Below are positions 59,817-64,000 of a stretch of DNA of 64,000 nt, in pieces (positions within the stretch are counted from its first letter, which is position 1; each line of letters opens with the position of its first letter). The stretch comes from an uncultured Pseudomonadota bacterium. GTDB lineage: Bacteria > Oederibacteriota > Muellerivitia > Muellerivitales > Muellerivitaceae. A model generated the notes under the pieces. The model worked only from the letters and a program-made list of their open reading frames with translations, was not told the origin of the DNA and did no database searches. The translations under genes and the position numbers were made by a program. The stretch covers positions 448,001 through 512,000 of the forward strand of contig CAWIIP010000002.1 of NCBI GenBank assembly GCA_963836235.1, read 5' to 3'.

Positions 59817-59884
59817 GCCTTTTGGACGATTCGTTTCTCATTTCGCTCCCAAAAATTTTAAGTGTCATAAAAATCTATTGCGTC

Positions 59885-59987
59885 AATCCATGGTCATCCA
59901 TGGTTAACGATGGTTACGGAGAACGCTCACAAAAGATCACTATCGATCACAAGTGGCAGTTAGCGGCAGCAAGTGACGGTCAGTGAC
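59885..59987. promoter_or_regulatory. 10-bp-phased repeat array between the divergent relax-like and xis genes
   Basis: ATGGT at 59890/59900/59910; TCAC at 59927/37/47; G(T/C)G at 59953/63/73/83. Confidence 0.65.
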
Positions 59988-60291
59988 ATTTCATAAAATT
60001 ATTTCGTCACGATGAAACGTTTAGGCGCTTAAGACAGTCAAAAGAAATATCACAAAATACGGCGGTGACGGATGACCCCCAAAAACGAATTTCAGATTTT
60101 GCATTTAAAGGGCGATTACTGCCCCGAAGATTTCGCCCTCGCAAGTTGTTCCCCTTCGACAACCGAAAACAAAATTCCAAGTCAATCAGCCCGGAGAATC
60201 CCCCAAACCTTGAACGCTTCACAACCCAATTTTCGATCTACAAAAAAGAACCCCTTGGGGGTTTTAAAAAAAATTAAAAGGGAGGTAGACC

Positions 60292-60546
60292 ATGGTGGAT
60301 CGTAGGAAGAATGTCGAACGGCGGAATTACTTAATGTCGGACAAAGACATTGCCGAAAAAGCCGGGGTTTCCCCCAATACCGTCCGCTATTGGCGGCAGA
60401 CCGGTGCCCTTCCCTTTGTGAAGGTTGGCAAGTATCCGAGGGTTTGGTATTCGGTGTTTCTTCAAGTTTTTAAAAAACCCCTTCCATCTTGGGCGGACTC
60501 TGATTATAAAATGCCAAGTGCTGGGGACATTAGGAGGGACGCATGA
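60292..60546 (+). CDS. HTH excisionase/recombination directionality factor-like protein
   Basis: DIAEKAGVSPNTVRYWRQTGALPFVKVG; SD GGAGG; ATGA overlap with the integrase. Confidence 0.8.
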   Translation: MVDRRKNVERRNYLMSDKDIAEKAGVSPNTVRYWRQTGALPFVKVGKYPRVWYSVFLQVFKKPLPSWADSDYKMPSAGDIRRDA

Positions 60547-61658
60547 GTAGACCTAATGTTCATGGATTGCCCCAATTTCTCCGCAAGGACGAAAAGGGGT
60601 ATTTCCTGGATTACTTTGTTGATGAAGGGGGAATCAGGAAGCGCAAGAGGGTAAGGCTGGGCCAAATACCCGTGGCCCAAGCCAAGAAGGTGCTGGCCCA
60701 ACACATGCAAGAAATGGTGGAGGGAAAGTACCTGGCTCCCGAAAAACCGGAGGTCACCTTTTCCGAGGCGGCGGATTCGTTCCTGGCCTATTCCGAGGCA
60801 AGAAGGAAAAGCCATGAGAACGACATCCAAATGGTCAAGAGGCTCAAGGACTATTTCGGCGACAGGCCTTTGAGAAGCTTGACACCGGACATCGTCGAAG
60901 GGTTTTTAACCCACCGGCGAAAGGTGGGCAACCAAGCCCCCGGCGATAGTAGGACAGGAAAGCCTCTGTCCAATAGCACGCTTAACCGGGACCTCGGCGT
61001 TCTCAAGTCAATCGTGAACCGGGCGGTCTTCAACGGCTTGTTGGAGAAAAACTCGATTCAGCGGGTGCGGGCCTTCAAGGAAGAATCCCGCGACCGCACT
61101 TTGACGAACGAGGAATACCAAGCGCTTTTGGGTTATTGCTCCCCGCGCCTTTCCGCCATCGTCCAGCTGGCTTATTGGACGGGCATGAGGAAGGGGGAGA
61201 TTTTGGGTTTGCGGTGGGAACAGGTGGACTTTCAAAACAAAGTCATCACCCTGGAAGCCGCGGACACCAAGACCCAGGAGAAACGGGAGGTTCCCTTGAC
61301 GGAGGCGCTTTTAGGCCTCCTGAAACGGATACCCAAAACCCTTGGATGCCCTCAAGTTTTCACCGAGAGGGGAAAACGCATCATGGACATCAAGACCGCT
61401 TTTCTCAAGGCCGTCCGCGCGGCGGGGATCAAGAACTTTCGGTTCCACGACCTCCGGCATTGCGCGGTGACCAACTTGAGGAAGGCGGGGGTGAACGACT
61501 CGGTCATCATGTCCATATCAGGCCATAAGACCTACGCGATGTTCAAACGGTATAACCGGATCGACCGGCAAGACCGGGTGAACGCGCTGAAACAGGTTGA
61601 GAGGGAGTTTGACACGGATATGACACGGAGCGAGTCGGGGCATTTGGTGAAGTCGTAG
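60543..61658 (+). CDS. tyrosine recombinase (integrase)
   Basis: TGMRKGEI, FHDLRH, SGHK...Y catalytic residues; N-terminal arm-binding-like region. Confidence 0.95.
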   Translation: MSRPNVHGLPQFLRKDEKGYFLDYFVDEGGIRKRKRVRLGQIPVAQAKKVLAQHMQEMVEGKYLAPEKPEVTFSEAADSFLAYSEARRKSHENDIQMVKRLKDYFGDRPLRSLTPDIVEGFLTHRRKVGNQAPGDSRTGKPLSNSTLNRDLGVLKSIVNRAVFNGLLEKNSIQRVRAFKEESRDRTLTNEEYQALLGYCSPRLSAIVQLAYWTGMRKGEILGLRWEQVDFQNKVITLEAADTKTQEKREVPLTEALLGLLKRIPKTLGCPQVFTERGKRIMDIKTAFLKAVRAAGIKNFRFHDLRHCAVTNLRKAGVNDSVIMSISGHKTYAMFKRYNRIDRQDRVNALKQVEREFDTDMTRSESGHLVKS

Positions 61659-61673
61659 AATCGTTGAAAAATA

Positions 61674-61751
61674 TGGCGGGGTTGACGGGGCTCGAACCCG
61701 CGACCTCCTGCGTGACAGGCAGGCGCTCTAACCAAGCTGAGCTACAACCCC
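61674..61751 (-). tRNA. tRNA-Asp (GUC), CCA encoded
   Basis: GGGGTTG/CAACCCC acceptor stem, CCTGC-CTGTCAC-GCAGG anticodon arm, GGTTCGAG T-loop. Confidence 0.97.
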
Positions 61752-61842
61752 TCGCAGAAGGAAGATAAAGCGGAAGGAACATCATCGCTTTGTCACGACG
61801 GCCCAAAGGCCATTCCCCTCAAGGGAAGCGAAACGAGGTCGT

Positions 61843-61871
61843 ATAGTAACGGGGAGACTCTCTTTAGTCAA
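61843..61871 (-). promoter_or_regulatory. sigma70 promoter of tRNA-Asp
   Basis: TTGACT-N17-TACTAT. Confidence 0.7.
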
Positions 61872-61968
61872 GCAAACCAAATCCCTACGCAAAGGTTCAA
61901 GACACAAAGAAACACTGGGATTTTGTAATACCAGAAAAAGTCTTATTTTGATCTTGGTGGTAGAATTT

Positions 61969-64000
61969 TCACGAAACGGGTTGGGGGGTTAATTCCTTGA
62001 CGGGTTTTTGAATCCTGAACTTCTTCACTGAAAACCGCGACATAGAGTTCTTCGTGATGCTCTTGGCCGAAAGTTTGTAAAGATATTCACCCTCTGGTTT
62101 TCCCGCCGCGTCCCAAATGGTCACGGCATAAGCTCCCCCTTCCCGTCTCTCCTCGACCTTCCCCACCAGGCCGCCGGTGGAATCGAAAACTTCCAAGGTC
62201 ACATTACAGTCCTCTTTGAGGAAATAGAAGAACCGCAAGGGGCCCGGCTTGGGAGGCTGAGGGAAAATTCCCAAGTCTTCGGTAAAGACCGCGTCTTCCA
62301 ATCCTTCTTCCGAAGAAATCGTAATGTCCTTCAAGCGCAAAACTGGAAACTGGTCGCTGTGAAGGCGTATCTCATATTTTCCCTCGGGAAGACCCGAGAA
62401 ATTAAACCGACCTTTGGGATCAGTCATCACCGTAGCCGCCACTTTATCACCCTTCACCATCTCCAGTTTGGTTCCGGAAATAGGAGTGACACCATCCTTC
62501 CGAAGAAAAGTACCGTGAACCTTACCCAATCGTTGGATCTTCACCCGCCTGCGTGAAGACAGAAGCCCCGGCTTGCCCTTTTTGCCGACCGCCGCGACAT
62601 GGAAATACCAGGTCCCCTCTTGAATACCCTTTAATTGGATTGAGCGTTCAGTAGTGAACTGATCCTCGGAAGTGAGCGTTTCGATTTCGTTCGGGCTGAA
62701 CTTGTAAACATATCCCATGGGTTTATAACTGCCGTCATGCCGGTCATCCCAAGTGAAAAGGGGTTCGGTGTGGTTGACCGCCTCATCCTCCGCCGGATGG
62801 GTGGGGCTGGCCACCACCGGGGGAGGCATTTCCGCCGCCGCGACGAGGACCATAAAATGAGTGGGTTCGGAAAGGTTACCCGCCTTGTCTTTGACCACTG
62901 CGTGAAAATACCATACCCCGGGCTCGGAAGACTTCAAACTCACCATATTTTCCGTCGTCCTTTGGGCCTCGTTGGGCAGGGGCCGGGTGTCCGCCTTGCG
63001 GTCAAAAACATAATAAAAACTCTCAACACCGGATAATTTAGGGGCAGAGGCCATGTTGAATTCCATCTTGTTGGCGGCGTACCACCGCTGGGAATCGGGA
63101 TGGGTAGTCGAGGTCACTTGGGGTGCGGAAGGCTTGGAAAGGTCGATCTTGAGCCGGTAATGGGCCGCTTGTTCGCTGACGTTCCCCGCCCGGTCCTTGG
63201 CGACCAAGTGGAAATACCAGATGCCGCCTTCCAGGTTGGATAATTCCATCCGTCGGCCATCCACGAAGTTAGAGGGTTCCGCCGCTGGTTTGGCGTTTGG
63301 ACTTTGATCGAGCAAGTAATAATAACCAGCGATACCGGTCGCGTCCGCCGGGGCGTCCCAAACAAGGACGGGGGAATTTTGCGAACTCCAGTCATCGCTG
63401 GAATGGGTGGGACTGGTGACGGTTGGAACCCCCACGCCATGATCCGACAAGGAAGCGGCGGTGGTATTTCCTTCATGTTGTTCATTGCCTATTCGGTCCA
63501 CGGCCTGGATGCAATAGTAGTAAACGGTGTTTTCCTTAAGACCATCGCCCTTGTCCGTGAAAACCGTATCCTTCACTTCCCCATCGGTTGAAATTTTCTC
63601 TTTCTTGCCGCCTTCCATCCACCTGTAGACTCGGTAATAGTCGGTTCCGGAAACCTTATCCGCGACCGGGTTCCATTTGAGTTCAATATCGCCACCCGCT
63701 TTAGGCGTGGCCTTTAATTGGGTGACCGCCGCCGGGGGCGAGATATCCGGAGTGGTAGCGGCCATTTCACCCTCGGGATAGGCCTCCACGTTGCCGGCGT
63801 TGTCCTTGGCCCGGCAGCGAAAGGCATGGCGCTTGCCGTCCTGGCCTTGGTATACACCGTTGTATTCGGTCACATTGGTCAGCCAGTCGGTCCAAGGACC
63901 GTTATCAATCTTGACCTGGACATCAGTGGAGGCGATACCGCTGTGGGCGTCAGTGGAGCTCCATTCCACATAAATTTGTGTCTTATCCAACATGGCGGTC
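61969..64000 (-). CDS. large Fn3/Ig-repeat protein with carboxypeptidase-regulatory-like domain and CTD-like end (5' part outside the window)
   Basis: Fn3 motifs, three SPTH/STTHP...WYFH repeats, TDPKGRFNFSGLPEGKYEI, terminal IFPQP...LEVFD...WD...GEYLY. Confidence 0.82.
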   Translation of the reverse strand, partial: TAMLDKTQIYVEWSSTDAHSGIASTDVQVKIDNGPWTDWLTNVTEYNGVYQGQDGKRHAFRCRAKDNAGNVEAYPEGEMAATTPDISPPAAVTQLKATPKAGGDIELKWNPVADKVSGTDYYRVYRWMEGGKKEKISTDGEVKDTVFTDKGDGLKENTVYYYCIQAVDRIGNEQHEGNTTAASLSDHGVGVPTVTSPTHSSDDWSSQNSPVLVWDAPADATGIAGYYYLLDQSPNAKPAAEPSNFVDGRRMELSNLEGGIWYFHLVAKDRAGNVSEQAAHYRLKIDLSKPSAPQVTSTTHPDSQRWYAANKMEFNMASAPKLSGVESFYYVFDRKADTRPLPNEAQRTTENMVSLKSSEPGVWYFHAVVKDKAGNLSEPTHFMVLVAAAEMPPPVVASPTHPAEDEAVNHTEPLFTWDDRHDGSYKPMGYVYKFSPNEIETLTSEDQFTTERSIQLKGIQEGTWYFHVAAVGKKGKPGLLSSRRRVKIQRLGKVHGTFLRKDGVTPISGTKLEMVKGDKVAATVMTDPKGRFNFSGLPEGKYEIRLHSDQFPVLRLKDITISSEEGLEDAVFTEDLGIFPQPPKPGPLRFFYFLKEDCNVTLEVFDSTGGLVGKVEERREGGAYAVTIWDAAGKPEGEYLYKLSAKSITKNSMSRFSVKKFRIQKPVKELTPQPVS

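Larger units (their letters stand above)
52994..61719. mobile_element. 8.7-kb integrative element inserted in tRNA-Asp
   Basis: identical 47-bp direct repeats at 52994-53040 and 61673-61719; integrase and HTH gene next to the intact tRNA. Confidence 0.93.

Noticed and set aside
52994-61719. Prophage
   Set aside because: No structural, terminase or lysis genes between the att repeats
61532-61806. ORFs 61532-61735 and 61543-61806
   Set aside because: Shadow translations of tRNA-Asp and the integrase antisense strand

Overview
Chromosomal window from a diderm bacterium; the Thr/Pro-linker proteins with YPNP C-terminal domains plus a PorV-like barrel suggest an FCPU426-like candidate lineage (inference only). 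1-27.3 kb (minus strand): a complete dcw cluster (mraZ, two STAS genes, rsmH, ftsL, ftsI, murE, murF, mraY, murD, ftsW, murG, murC, murB, ddl, ftsQ, ftsA, ftsZ) continuing into a polysaccharide deacetylase, amidase, pgeF, a TPR protein, an OGG-type glycosylase and an NtrC-like regulator with degenerate ATPase motifs. Four larger dcw spacers are each filled by a mini-ORF overlapping the upstream stop codon. 27.5-38.8 kb: housekeeping genes (glpK, GT2, PaiB-like, IMPase, pfk, FKBP, BON pair, ABC-2 exporter) and a 200-bp structured MITE-like element. 38.8-49 kb: orphan flgE, ECF sigma, an anti-sigma-like protein ending in a FlgD-Ig/secretion-CTD domain, a passenger-less CTD protein, a PorV-like barrel and a candidate ECF-promoter-driven sRNA, then SET, msrA and a large Thr/Pro-rich CTD protein. 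53.0-61.7 kb: an 8.7-kb integrative element in tRNA-Asp (47-bp direct repeats) with tyrosine integrase, HTH excisionase, Replic_Relax-like protein, HEPN-MNT pair, WG-repeat cargo and a 2080-nt group II intron inserted in one arm of a long hairpin. No CRISPR array or rRNA seen. All family assignments are from motif recognition, not database searches.
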